Source of the DNA: a virus
Lineage: Duplodnaviria; Caudoviricetes
Virus record (IMG/VR): IMGVR_UViG_3300012953_000100
Location: 1 to 34,144 of that record
Direction: 5' to 3' (one strand)
Length of the DNA stretch: 34,144 nucleotides
A program made the position numbers and the translations under genes. The notes under the pieces are model-generated. The model ran no database searches. It saw only the letters and a program-made list of their open reading frames with translations, and was not told the DNA's origin. This document shows positions 26,495 through 34,144 of this stretch, in pieces (within the stretch, counting starts at the first letter, position 1; each line of letters starts with the position of its first letter).

Positions 26495-27366
26495 GCCAAG
26501 ACAGATTACGAGTTAAGGGACTTAAGATGCCAAGACTAGCTACCCCGCGTCCTGCAAATTTTACTCACAAGGGAGACGTACCTTTACGTCCTTTTTCTGG
26601 TAATCAGGTTCTTTTAGAGAAGTATTCTTCTGCCCCACTGACTTATCACCTTTTAGGAAACGAGATTGCAAAGGTAGCCAATACCGATCTAGACCCTGCA
26701 ATTCATGCGTTTCTCTACCTACACGCCCCCGAAATGCTGACCGAGCAGGAGAAGCAAGCAGGAATCATGGCCCTGGGCCTTAGGGGACTCGGAAGAGCTG
26801 CAGGCGCTGCGGCTAAGGTCGTGAGTCCCCTCTCTAAACGGCTAAGCGCGTCATTATCTCAGGGCAGCAGCAGGGCATATCAAGCTGCTTCTAGAAGGTA
26901 TGATGCGGCCGCACAAAAAGCTCTGGACAAGCTCCCTACAGCTAAGTTAACGGGGAATAAGGTTACGGGATTCGAAACTCCAGTAGCACAGCTTCCCACC
27001 GCGAGCTATAGGACTGTAGGTAAGGGTCGAGACGGAACAAATATTATCAGTATAGATAAACTGAAAACTCCTGCATCAGCGACGCCCAAAGCCTTAGATC
27101 GTGCAGCAGCTAACGCAGAGAAATATAGAGCGGCGAGCAAGAGATCAATGGATAAGTCGTATGATGCGGCAAGAGCGGCCGACGCAACTAGAGCGGCACG
27201 GGCGACCAGAATTGCTGAGAATGAAGCAAGGAGACAGGGAAGGATTATTGGTCCGAAAGGATTAGCGTTGGCGGGAATCGGTACATTAGGTGTCGGGTCT
27301 TACGCCGGAATGCGGGCGGGGGCTCGAGATCAGGGGGCTCCGGGGTATAACTACGGAGTTAGGTAG
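26491..27366 (+). CDS. Basic Ala-rich protein with EKQA site and C-terminal Gly-rich hydrophobic segment; putative internal virion protein
   Basis: ATGA coupling; EKYS, KVAN, EKQA|GIMALGLRGLG; GLALAGIGTLGVGSYAG. Confidence 0.75.
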   Translation: MSQDRLRVKGLKMPRLATPRPANFTHKGDVPLRPFSGNQVLLEKYSSAPLTYHLLGNEIAKVANTDLDPAIHAFLYLHAPEMLTEQEKQAGIMALGLRGLGRAAGAAAKVVSPLSKRLSASLSQGSSRAYQAASRRYDAAAQKALDKLPTAKLTGNKVTGFETPVAQLPTASYRTVGKGRDGTNIISIDKLKTPASATPKALDRAAANAEKYRAASKRSMDKSYDAARAADATRAARATRIAENEARRQGRIIGPKGLALAGIGTLGVGSYAGMRAGARDQGAPGYNYGVR

Positions 27367-27625
27367 CTTTCAACTTATCCAGTAAAGCTACCACATCAAA
27401 GGAGGCCGTCCTGGCCTCCTTTTCTATTTGTTTAAACTCTTTTTTATAGGGATCTATTGGAGAGGTACCGTCTAGATCATACATCTCTTCATCTTCAAGT
27501 GCCAAATCCAAAAGAAGTGAGAGCGCTTGTTTTGGCGTTACCTTTGTTCCGAAAAGCTCAGACAGTCGTCTAGCAGTTCTATCCAGATACGCAGAGTGTT
27601 GATTGCTGACAGGAATACGTTTCAT
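27359..27625 (-). CDS. Small hypothetical protein, possibly ribbon-helix-helix-like DNA binding
   Basis: RBS GGAG; beta-helix-helix-like N-terminus (KRIPVS, YLDRTARRLS, PKQALSLLLDLAL). Confidence 0.65.
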   Translation of the reverse strand: MKRIPVSNQHSAYLDRTARRLSELFGTKVTPKQALSLLLDLALEDEEMYDLDGTSPIDPYKKEFKQIEKEARTASFDVVALLDKLKAT

Positions 27626-27638
27626 AAAATCTCCAGCT

Positions 27639-27672
27639 AAAAAAAAGGAACTAGCTAGGCCAGTTCCTTTTT
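27639..27672 (-). terminator. Rho-independent terminator after the vWA gene (potentially bidirectional)
   Basis: The minus strand reads AAAAAGGAACTGGC-CTA-GCTAGTTCCTTTTTTTT. Confidence 0.75.
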
Positions 27673-27683
27673 ATATTTTCATC

Positions 27684-29537
27684 TCAACTTTTCAGATGAG
27701 CTTCCATAAGAATTCTACAGCTCTCCAGCAAAGCATCGGACATTTGAGATAAATTACCTACAAGACCGTAGCCTTTTTCCCCAAAGTTCTTGTCGTAATA
27801 CTCGGCCTGTCCCGCCCCTATTGCCAGGATAGAAACCACGACCCCGGTGCTTCTCATATCTTTTAAAACCTCTAAAGTGTCTGTAGCTGGGTTTCCACTA
27901 GACTTACGAGATCGACAAGTAGTAGCACATCCATCGGTTATCAAGATGACCGCTCGACTGTTTTTATTTGGCTTAGCCCACTCCCAAGCCGCATCTAGTG
28001 CCTGGACTGTATGTGTTGTAGCCATCTTAATCCCCTCTGCGTACTTGGTGCTTCCTAATTTTCTGAAATAGTATAGCTCCGAGCTGTATGCCCATAAGTG
28101 TAGGCGTATGCTAGACCCCGCACCTTTAATGGCAAACTGTATGTCTGCAATAGCCTGCTCCATCAAGTCTTCTCCCATTCCGCCCATAGAGGCCGAAACA
28201 TCTACTAACAGCAGAAGGTCCATGCCTCCACTAGAGCGAGTTTCCTTGAACAACTTAGTGGAGCTTAGAGTTCTGGATATCTTCGCAGATATGAAGCTGT
28301 CAATACAAATAGCTCCTCCGCGCCAAACTCTTCTGGTCTCTTTTTTCATTTTTACTCTATCTAGATGCTTACGCAACCTAGCCGCAGATCTTGATGGACG
28401 GGGCAGTTCTTTTTTAGGAGTTACGAAGCTTGCGGGTATTCCGCTTACCTGTGCTGCAGATAGTAATGCCTGCTCTTTTTGCTGCTTCTCCGTAGTCTTA
28501 GGGTTTGCCATAGCTGCTCTAGCTTCCTCAAGCCTATCGAGCATCTTAGTGGTCCCTTCATCTAACAGCTTCTGCAGTGAACTAGGATTATCAGCATCTC
28601 CATCATCATCTCTTGCAGTTTGGATACGCCGTATCTGTCCCATCTGTTTCGCGGTTATTCTCTCTTTCCCCTTTCCTCTAGTCTGCGGATCAATATCATT
28701 TCCTCCTAAAGGATTATTCATGTTATCCCCATAGCCTATGCCCTCATTTCCCGGATTGGCTATGGCGGATGCTAAAGCGTCTAACTTTTCTTGTGACTTT
28801 TGTTGTTTAGACTTATTGTCCATTGGAGAATCTTTTATTAGCTCATCGGCAATATCATCTATGAGTCTCGAAGTTATTGCTAGACATGCGGCGTTATCGA
28901 CTCTCTTCACAAGTTGGACGGCTTTCTCCATGTGAGGTCGGCATCTCTGATAATGATCTGGGGCATCATCCGTATCTACTCCCGCAGCAAGTCGGGCCAA
29001 ATACGTGATTATATCCTTCTTTGCTTGGTCCCCCATTTCATATTCGGCTATCTGCTGCCACCTCTCTTCAAGGGCGCAGCCCCCTCCGTAGTATAGTTCT
29101 TTCCAAAGGCTGCAAACTCTTTTATCGTCTAGAACATTCCACAGGTTATGTACTATGCTCCCAAGTTTTCGCTTATAGGGTATGGCATCTGGGTGGGTCA
29201 GAGGTATTCCCGCTTTTCGTAGAAGTCTTTCTACTGCCTTTTCCCTAAAGACTTCTGCCAACGCCAAATCCGTCCCAAAGAACGGATGAGAGATCTCGTG
29301 CTCGCAGATTAAGTATGCCTCTGGGTCAGCAAAGGGGACTTTGAAGAAAGTTTTACAATCCGTACTTCCGCTCCGAGAATTGATCAGTTCGAAATTAACG
29401 TCCATTATTTGGGAGAAAGTATCCACCAAAGATTTCATTCTTTGGAGGACATAATCGGGGCTGCCGCCCATACTTCCCAGTTCGACCCTATTTCTCATTG
29501 GCGTAGTCCAGAATTCCGACAGCAATCGCCCAGGCAT
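27684..29537 (-). CDS. vWA-domain protein with N-terminal HEXXH metallopeptidase-like motif (CobT/NorD/CbbO-like partner)
   Basis: MIDAS LLLLVDVSASM, T and LITDG; N-terminal CEHEISH...WNVLDD.R. Start may be ATG 29498. Confidence 0.85.
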   Translation of the reverse strand: MPGRLLSEFWTTPMRNRVELGSMGGSPDYVLQRMKSLVDTFSQIMDVNFELINSRSGSTDCKTFFKVPFADPEAYLICEHEISHPFFGTDLALAEVFREKAVERLLRKAGIPLTHPDAIPYKRKLGSIVHNLWNVLDDKRVCSLWKELYYGGGCALEERWQQIAEYEMGDQAKKDIITYLARLAAGVDTDDAPDHYQRCRPHMEKAVQLVKRVDNAACLAITSRLIDDIADELIKDSPMDNKSKQQKSQEKLDALASAIANPGNEGIGYGDNMNNPLGGNDIDPQTRGKGKERITAKQMGQIRRIQTARDDDGDADNPSSLQKLLDEGTTKMLDRLEEARAAMANPKTTEKQQKEQALLSAAQVSGIPASFVTPKKELPRPSRSAARLRKHLDRVKMKKETRRVWRGGAICIDSFISAKISRTLSSTKLFKETRSSGGMDLLLLVDVSASMGGMGEDLMEQAIADIQFAIKGAGSSIRLHLWAYSSELYYFRKLGSTKYAEGIKMATTHTVQALDAAWEWAKPNKNSRAVILITDGCATTCRSRKSSGNPATDTLEVLKDMRSTGVVVSILAIGAGQAEYYDKNFGEKGYGLVGNLSQMSDALLESCRILMEAHLKS

Positions 29538-29820
29538 TTGAATAGATCCTATTACCCATAACCTGCCAGTGGTTCGTAATCGGTTCGGGATTACGGATTA
29601 CTTCATTTATCTCTTCTAGGTACATTTCCTGGGCATCTTTTACGGCCTCTTTGAGTAGTGCCTTACTCCGCCTCTTACGCGTCCCTGAACTTATCTCTTT
29701 GTCTATCAAAATGTCTGCTTCTTCTTCAACGAACTGATTCAAGTGCGTGAGCATTGTTCCCGCTACTGGGCCGATATCCTCAATCCACTCTACCAACTCA
29801 TCAAATGTTTTAAACTTCAT
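29488..29820 (-). CDS. Hypothetical protein
   Basis: Between the AAA and vWA genes; RBS GGAGG. Confidence 0.75.
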   Translation of the reverse strand: MKFKTFDELVEWIEDIGPVAGTMLTHLNQFVEEEADILIDKEISSGTRKRRSKALLKEAVKDAQEMYLEEINEVIRNPEPITNHWQVMGNRIYSNAWAIAVGILDYANEK

Positions 29821-29821
29821 C

Positions 29822-30697
29822 TTAGCCTCCTAAAGGATTCACTTCAGCCAGATTGACTCTAAATGCTGATTCGACTCGAGCCCTGAAATCGTCTGTGTAT
29901 TCAGCATCCAACTTCCACTCGAGCATCTTGAGAGACTTCTGCAGCCCTGTTTCCTCTCTACCGAATTTCTCGTAAGTGTTAATGAAGTGCACTAGGTCTC
30001 TTGTAGACAGTGCGTACTCCCACTTACCTCCTCGAGTTTCTTTCGCAATATTGATGATTCCGTTGATCATCCTTCTCTCAGATACCCCTGGAGGAGTGCT
30101 GAGTGCGTCTTCTAGAACTCTTTTCTCGCTCTCTGTGTCCATGTACGGGACCTGGAAGTAGTCGAACCGACTTCTCAAGGCTTCATTCAGAGTGTATGTT
30201 CCGCCGTATCCAGGGTTCATGGTTCCGACCACCCAAAGTCTACATGCATCTAAGGTTCTAAACACTTTTCCAGAGGCCGGATCTTCTACACTCTGCCTGT
30301 AGTCCGAAACGCTAAACACGGCAGACTGCATCTCTGGGCGAAGAGTATTGATCTCTTCTAAACACAATACTGCTCCTCCCTCTTCGTTTGCGACATCGAT
30401 AGCTGTAGTAATGGCTCCTAAAGAAAAGAATACCTCTTCCCCTGCCATCAAATATCTTCCGATAAGGTGACTGGAGTCAGTCTCGCTATTACAGTTTAGC
30501 CTTATCAATGGAATGCTGTGCTTGGCGCAGTACTCTTCTATTGACAGGGTTTTACCGGTTCCCTTAGGCCCCTTAAGAATTAAAGGGTTGCCCCAAGATA
30601 GACACTCTAGATTAGCGAGTAATCCGGTATCAACGTAATCATCCGAGTTTTTCGGAATTAGCTTTTCTGTCGGTATCCTTCTAAAAGGTACATGCAT
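29822..30697 (-). CDS. MoxR-family (CbbQ/NirQ/NorQ, CobS-like) AAA+ ATPase
   Basis: Walker A GPKGTGKT, Walker B variant LCLEEIN, sensor I TMNPGY, arginine finger ALRSRF, sensor II STRDL. Confidence 0.9.
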   Translation of the reverse strand: MHVPFRRIPTEKLIPKNSDDYVDTGLLANLECLSWGNPLILKGPKGTGKTLSIEEYCAKHSIPLIRLNCNSETDSSHLIGRYLMAGEEVFFSLGAITTAIDVANEEGGAVLCLEEINTLRPEMQSAVFSVSDYRQSVEDPASGKVFRTLDACRLWVVGTMNPGYGGTYTLNEALRSRFDYFQVPYMDTESEKRVLEDALSTPPGVSERRMINGIINIAKETRGGKWEYALSTRDLVHFINTYEKFGREETGLQKSLKMLEWKLDAEYTDDFRARVESAFRVNLAEVNPLGG

Positions 30698-30737
30698 GGC
30701 GTCAAACTCCTTTCTTAAATTGTTGCCAGCAAAGTCC

Positions 30738-30754
30738 TTATGACGTTTTTTATT
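30738..30754 (-). promoter_or_regulatory. Putative phage promoter motif copy 4 (AATAAAAAACGTCATAA)
   Basis: 41 nt upstream of the AAA+ ATG; a variant of the GGGCATAA motif. Confidence 0.5.
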
Positions 30755-30771
30755 TAATTGTTAGTACGTGC

Positions 30772-30800
30772 TTGATTTGTACTGACAGTGCCTCTATTCT
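30772..30800 (+). promoter_or_regulatory. Sigma70-like promoter TTGATT-N17-TATTCT
   Basis: Exact 17-nt spacer; the predicted +1 coincides with ATG 30807. Confidence 0.55.
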
Positions 30801-30806
30801 AGCATT

Positions 30807-31061
30807 ATGGACGAAAATAAACGAGATATTGATATGTCAAGCCTGGGGGAGGACCAAGTATTGGCCGCTCTGGGAGATATGTTCTTAGGGCTCCTATCCT
30901 CTCATAGAGTGGCTATTGCGGTTCAGCGAGATGATGGAGTAGTCACTTTCGTGAACCCCAGCATAATCTCTTCTATACCGCCACAGGAAATGGCGGAGAC
31001 ACTGTTAGAGAGTTGGGAGGAAGAAGATATTCTAAAATTGATGAGCCATATTTATGGATAA
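30807..31061 (+). CDS. Hypothetical acidic protein
   Basis: First gene of the divergent operon leading to parB; no SD sequence. Confidence 0.7.
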   Translation: MDENKRDIDMSSLGEDQVLAALGDMFLGLLSSHRVAIAVQRDDGVVTFVNPSIISSIPPQEMAETLLESWEEEDILKLMSHIYG

Positions 31062-31341
31062 TATTGTAATTTTTCCAGGCAAAGCGCGCCTAGACCAATA
31101 CGAAGGTTATAACGTAAATCTGGGACATCTTAAGGCCTGTTTAGTTCGTATCGCGTTGACAAGCAGCAAGGAAGCCTTTAAGGAAGAGTGCTCTTCCGCA
31201 ATTAAAGAATCGGTGAAAAATTTAAAGTCATTGTCCGTAGAAACTACAGATACTGGAGTCCGGATCAACATCTTGACTAATCCAGCTAATGGGGAATTTA
31301 CATATTCATTCGAACTAAAGAATATGTTCTTTAAAAAATAA
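31054..31341 (+). CDS. Hypothetical protein
   Basis: Overlaps the upstream stop; begins MDNIVIFPG. Confidence 0.7.
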   Translation: MDNIVIFPGKARLDQYEGYNVNLGHLKACLVRIALTSSKEAFKEECSSAIKESVKNLKSLSVETTDTGVRINILTNPANGEFTYSFELKNMFFKK

Positions 31342-31406
31342 TTAGAATATACGTGTCAAAATATACTTGCAGCCCATTAACCAATAGACACGAAAAGGAG
31401 CCTATA

Positions 31407-32231
31407 ATGTTAAGTAAATTCGATACCTCCACAATGGAGATCCCAATCAATCAAATTCAAATTGGGAAAAACATAAAGAATATAAGAACTGTTTTTAATC
31501 GAGACCGCATCGAGGAACTCGCAGACGGCATTCAAAGAGACGGACTCATGACTCCCTTAATTGTCATGGGCTCTGAAGATGATGACGACAACCCCATAAT
31601 CGAATTGATTGCCGGAGAGCGACGATACCGTGCCATTCAATTGATTAGGAAAAGGAACCCTACTTTTATGGAAGAGGTCCCTTGTATACACTTCGAGGGA
31701 ACAATTCACGATGCTACGTTTGTAAACGTGGCAGAGAACATTGATCGAGAGCAGGTTGACGAAGTTGATTTGTCTTCTTGGTTATACGAGAGAGTACAGG
31801 ACGGAGTAACTCAAAGTGAGCTAGCGACGAGACTTCACCGATCCGCTCAGTGGGTCAGCTTTCGCATAACCTTCTTCGATCGTGCGTGTCCTGAACTAAA
31901 GAAGGCCCTAAGAGAAGGGTTGATTTCGTTTACCGCAGCTTACTATCTGGCAAAGAACTGCTCTGCCGAAGAACAAGTAAAGTACATCGACAAGGCTCGC
32001 CGAAATGAGGAGAAGATCTCCCTAAACGAAGCCAAAAGTTCTGGATCAGATAAGAAGTCCACAACTCCAGGTAAGAAGGAGCGTACAAAGATGGCAGCCC
32101 TTGCAGAGAAGGTAGCAAGCGAGTCAGGGTCAGATGTCGCCCGCGGTGTTTCCCTAGGACTCAGTTGGGTAGACGGATTAATTCCTGCCAACGAGCTGGA
32201 AGAAATGCTGACCTTTGAGGGAGGTAAGTAA
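31407..32231 (+). CDS. parB: ParB/Spo0J-like protein (ParB N-terminal domain plus HTH)
   Basis: IEELADGIQRDGLMTPLIV, LIAGERRYRA box, ENIDRE, HTH TQSELATRLHRSAQWVS. ATG 31407 follows AAGGAG. Confidence 0.9.
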   Translation: MLSKFDTSTMEIPINQIQIGKNIKNIRTVFNRDRIEELADGIQRDGLMTPLIVMGSEDDDDNPIIELIAGERRYRAIQLIRKRNPTFMEEVPCIHFEGTIHDATFVNVAENIDREQVDEVDLSSWLYERVQDGVTQSELATRLHRSAQWVSFRITFFDRACPELKKALREGLISFTAAYYLAKNCSAEEQVKYIDKARRNEEKISLNEAKSSGSDKKSTTPGKKERTKMAALAEKVASESGSDVARGVSLGLSWVDGLIPANELEEMLTFEGGK

Positions 32232-32369
32232 TTGAGCTTAGCTGAACTATACCCAAAATCAAACCAGCCGATAATCTTCTACTCTGGAGTAAACGGCAAG
32301 CCCGCACTATTTGAGATAGAGATTGATTGTTGCGGCACCCCAATGGCTAGGTTTGTACAGTTCGTTTAG
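32232..32369 (+). CDS. Possible 45-aa protein MSLAELYPKSNQPIIFYSGVNGKPALFEIEIDCCGTPMARFVQFV
   Basis: TTG directly after the parB stop, with GGAGGT SD upstream; ends just before the terminator. Confidence 0.45.
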   Translation: MSLAELYPKSNQPIIFYSGVNGKPALFEIEIDCCGTPMARFVQFV

Positions 32370-32375
32370 TAGTTT

Positions 32376-32416
32376 GCTAAAAAAATGGATGTTTTCGGAC
32401 ATCCATTTTTTTTAGC
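32376..32416. terminator. Bidirectional rho-independent terminator
   Basis: GCTAAAAAAATGGATGT-TTTCGG-ACATCCATTTTTTTTAGC between convergent operons. Confidence 0.8.
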
Positions 32417-32508
32417 TATCTGATAAGTATGCGGACAGGCCTATAAACAATACGGATAGAATTGTTCCAACCAAAATAAAGAACCTGACCGCTTCCGGAC
32501 TCCACGTA

Positions 32509-32823
32509 TCAATCATCAATTATACTCAGCAACTCTTTAGGGATTTTTCTAGAGCAGCCGTTGGTCTGGTACTCCTCCAGTGGGGGCTGAATCCAGTCTT
32601 TTAGAAGCTCTTTGTTTTTTTGCTTGGCTTGAATATCCTTTAGGAAGGACTCCAGACACTTTATTTTTCGTTTTGCTCGTTGACTACTTAGTCGAATGTT
32701 TCTGACCTTAGCCTTTTTAGCTAACTTTCGCATCTCTTTACGACTCTCTTTAAACTCGACTCCTTCTGCCGAAGACTGACAGCCTGCTAAAGCCAGAAAT
32801 AGCCCAATTAAAAGTTTAGTCAC
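32509..32823 (-). CDS. Predicted lipoprotein (possible outer spanin-like lysis component)
   Basis: Signal peptide II MTKLLIGLFLALAG-C with a canonical LAGC lipobox. Confidence 0.7.
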   Translation of the reverse strand: MTKLLIGLFLALAGCQSSAEGVEFKESRKEMRKLAKKAKVRNIRLSSQRAKRKIKCLESFLKDIQAKQKNKELLKDWIQPPLEEYQTNGCSRKIPKELLSIIDD

Positions 32824-33080
32824 GGTCGTTCCCGCCCTTCTATTAGCTTGGCTATCTCTCCTAACTTCACGTTAATGTGCTGGATATCTTTTTGTATTAG
32901 TCGAATATCTGTAGAGTTAGCCCTCATTTCACTTACCTCTCTTTGGGTGTGAGATAGTTCATTCTCGAGAGCAGCTACCCTAGATTCTGCCGACCATACC
33001 CATCCAAAGGTCGGCAGAATGATTACAGTTAATGTCCCCAGTAAAACTTTAGGCACTATTTCAGATAGTTGAGAAGTCAT
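32820..33080 (-). CDS. Single-TM plus coiled-coil protein (holin-like or inner spanin-like)
   Basis: TM segment VLLGTLTVIILPTFGWVW, then heptads; 4-nt overlap with the lipoprotein gene. Confidence 0.7.
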   Translation of the reverse strand: MTSQLSEIVPKVLLGTLTVIILPTFGWVWSAESRVAALENELSHTQREVSEMRANSTDIRLIQKDIQHINVKLGEIAKLIEGRERP

Positions 33081-33100
33081 TGTTACTAGTTCCTACTAAA

Positions 33101-34144
33101 TTAAACGCCTATAGACTGTGAAAAGAAATTTGACGCAGAGGCAAGGAGGTATTGCGGATAGCGATCGTGGTGCGCCGTTATCTGCCAACACCATAGCTCA
33201 GACTGAGCATTGGTGGTCGGATCGTTATCACTATTTGTAGCTGATTTAACTGCAGTTAACGTGACTGTTCCTCCGGGCGATAGGAAAAAGGCAGGACATG
33301 CCTCGCCTTCTATGCCGGTAGGATATTTCGGCCAGTTAAAGAGAGTGTTAAACGTAGTCGAAGTCGAGTAATACGTCTGATTGCTTATAAACGCGGTACA
33401 GTCCGCAGCCCAAGACCCACTACTCGGTATTAGAGCAATCATCTGATCTGGCTGTTGAGGGAGGGATACGAATGAGGGATCCGTGAAGGAACCGGCCGAT
33501 GGTGTCTGTATAGTGAGATGTTGGTCGCCGGGCTGATCATTGAAATCTTGGTTTCGATTCGAATAGCATATAGTTATCGTAGTTCCCCTTAAGCCTTGAG
33601 GGTCCGGTAATCTAACCGGACTAAACCCATAATTCGAACTATGGATCCTCGCGTGCCCGCTAATATTGTAAAGAGTATAGTATGGATTAATGGACTGCTG
33701 GGCATCCGCATACTCAGGAAGTAAGGCATATTCATCTAATAAAGGCGCGCTTGGATTGGCATAGCTAATGTCGTATAGGTCCATATCGTGCACATGGTGT
33801 CGGTTCTGATGAGTCTGCGTTACTCTGCCAAAGTCATCAACGGTCACTGTAGCGAAGTAGCTGGTGTGGTTAGTTTGTGCAAGGGAACCAGGTACGGGGA
33901 TCAATTCTCCGCCAGCATTAATAGTTATTAGGTCGCCTGCATCTATACTCGAGTCATCTGCTACTTTTAGGAGTTTTCCAGTAGTTCCCGCGCTTTCTCC
34001 AGTTGCAATCCCGGGACCGGCGGCCAGACCCCCCGCCCCGTCGTTAGTTTGGACGTCGCCTGCGTTTCCAGCAGGAGTTAGTCCGGCCCCATCAGCCCCA
34101 GCAGGTCCAGCAGGTCCAGCAGGTCCAGCAGGTCCAGCAGGTCC
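33101..34144 (-). CDS. Fibre protein with collagen-like repeat (5' partial)
   Basis: The frame of track ORF 33101..33904 stays open to the window edge: (GPA)5-GADGAG...PAGNAGDVQTNDGAGG...; contains the fibre-type motif TVTVDDFGRVT. Confidence 0.8.
   Translation of the reverse strand, partial: GPAGPAGPAGPAGPAGADGAGLTPAGNAGDVQTNDGAGGLAAGPGIATGESAGTTGKLLKVADDSSIDAGDLITINAGGELIPVPGSLAQTNHTSYFATVTVDDFGRVTQTHQNRHHVHDMDLYDISYANPSAPLLDEYALLPEYADAQQSINPYYTLYNISGHARIHSSNYGFSPVRLPDPQGLRGTTITICYSNRNQDFNDQPGDQHLTIQTPSAGSFTDPSFVSLPQQPDQMIALIPSSGSWAADCTAFISNQTYYSTSTTFNTLFNWPKYPTGIEGEACPAFFLSPGGTVTLTAVKSATNSDNDPTTNAQSELWCWQITAHHDRYPQYLLASASNFFSQSIGV
34098..34144. repeat. Perfect 9-bp tandem repeat (CCAGCAGGT)n, at least 5 copies, encoding Gly-Pro-Ala
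   Basis: Directly visible; runs to the window end. Confidence 0.95.

Noticed and set aside
28108-28734. 208-aa + strand ORF inside the vWA gene
   Set aside because: It is antisense to a gene with clear MIDAS motifs and has a Ser/Leu-rich shadow composition.
1-34144. Stop-codon reassignment (TAG/TGA) as seen in some large phages
   Set aside because: Standard-code ORFs tile the window densely, and TAG, TGA and TAA all end genes at sensible boundaries.

Overview
This window is a segment of a large, probably lytic, contractile-tailed (myovirus-type) dsDNA phage genome in the standard genetic code. The + strand carries the virion morphogenesis genes: a GpA-like large terminase, a putative prohead protease with a C-terminal Zn-finger motif, scaffold/core-like proteins, the major capsid protein, neck proteins, a very large (1437 aa) tail sheath and a tail tube. 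Small minus-strand 'early-type' genes are interspersed, and four of them share an upstream motif, (A)n-N1-3-G(G/T)CATAA. The right end holds a MoxR/CbbQ-like AAA+ and vWA pair, an orphan ParB, a membrane protein plus lipoprotein pair and a collagen-repeat fibre gene that runs off the window. The most striking pattern is a K-x-[A/S] motif recurring in about 15 head-region proteins. It often follows short shared leaders (FxDE[LM]xKx[AS]; KIAAYExxLExHPLWxKxA) and separates acidic leaders from basic or glycine-zipper modules, including a three-module glycine-zipper polyprotein. I infer a capsid-targeting and protease-maturation system for virion-packaged cargo. No tRNA, rRNA, CRISPR array, integrase or transposase was recognised. 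All functional calls come from motif reading only, without database searches.
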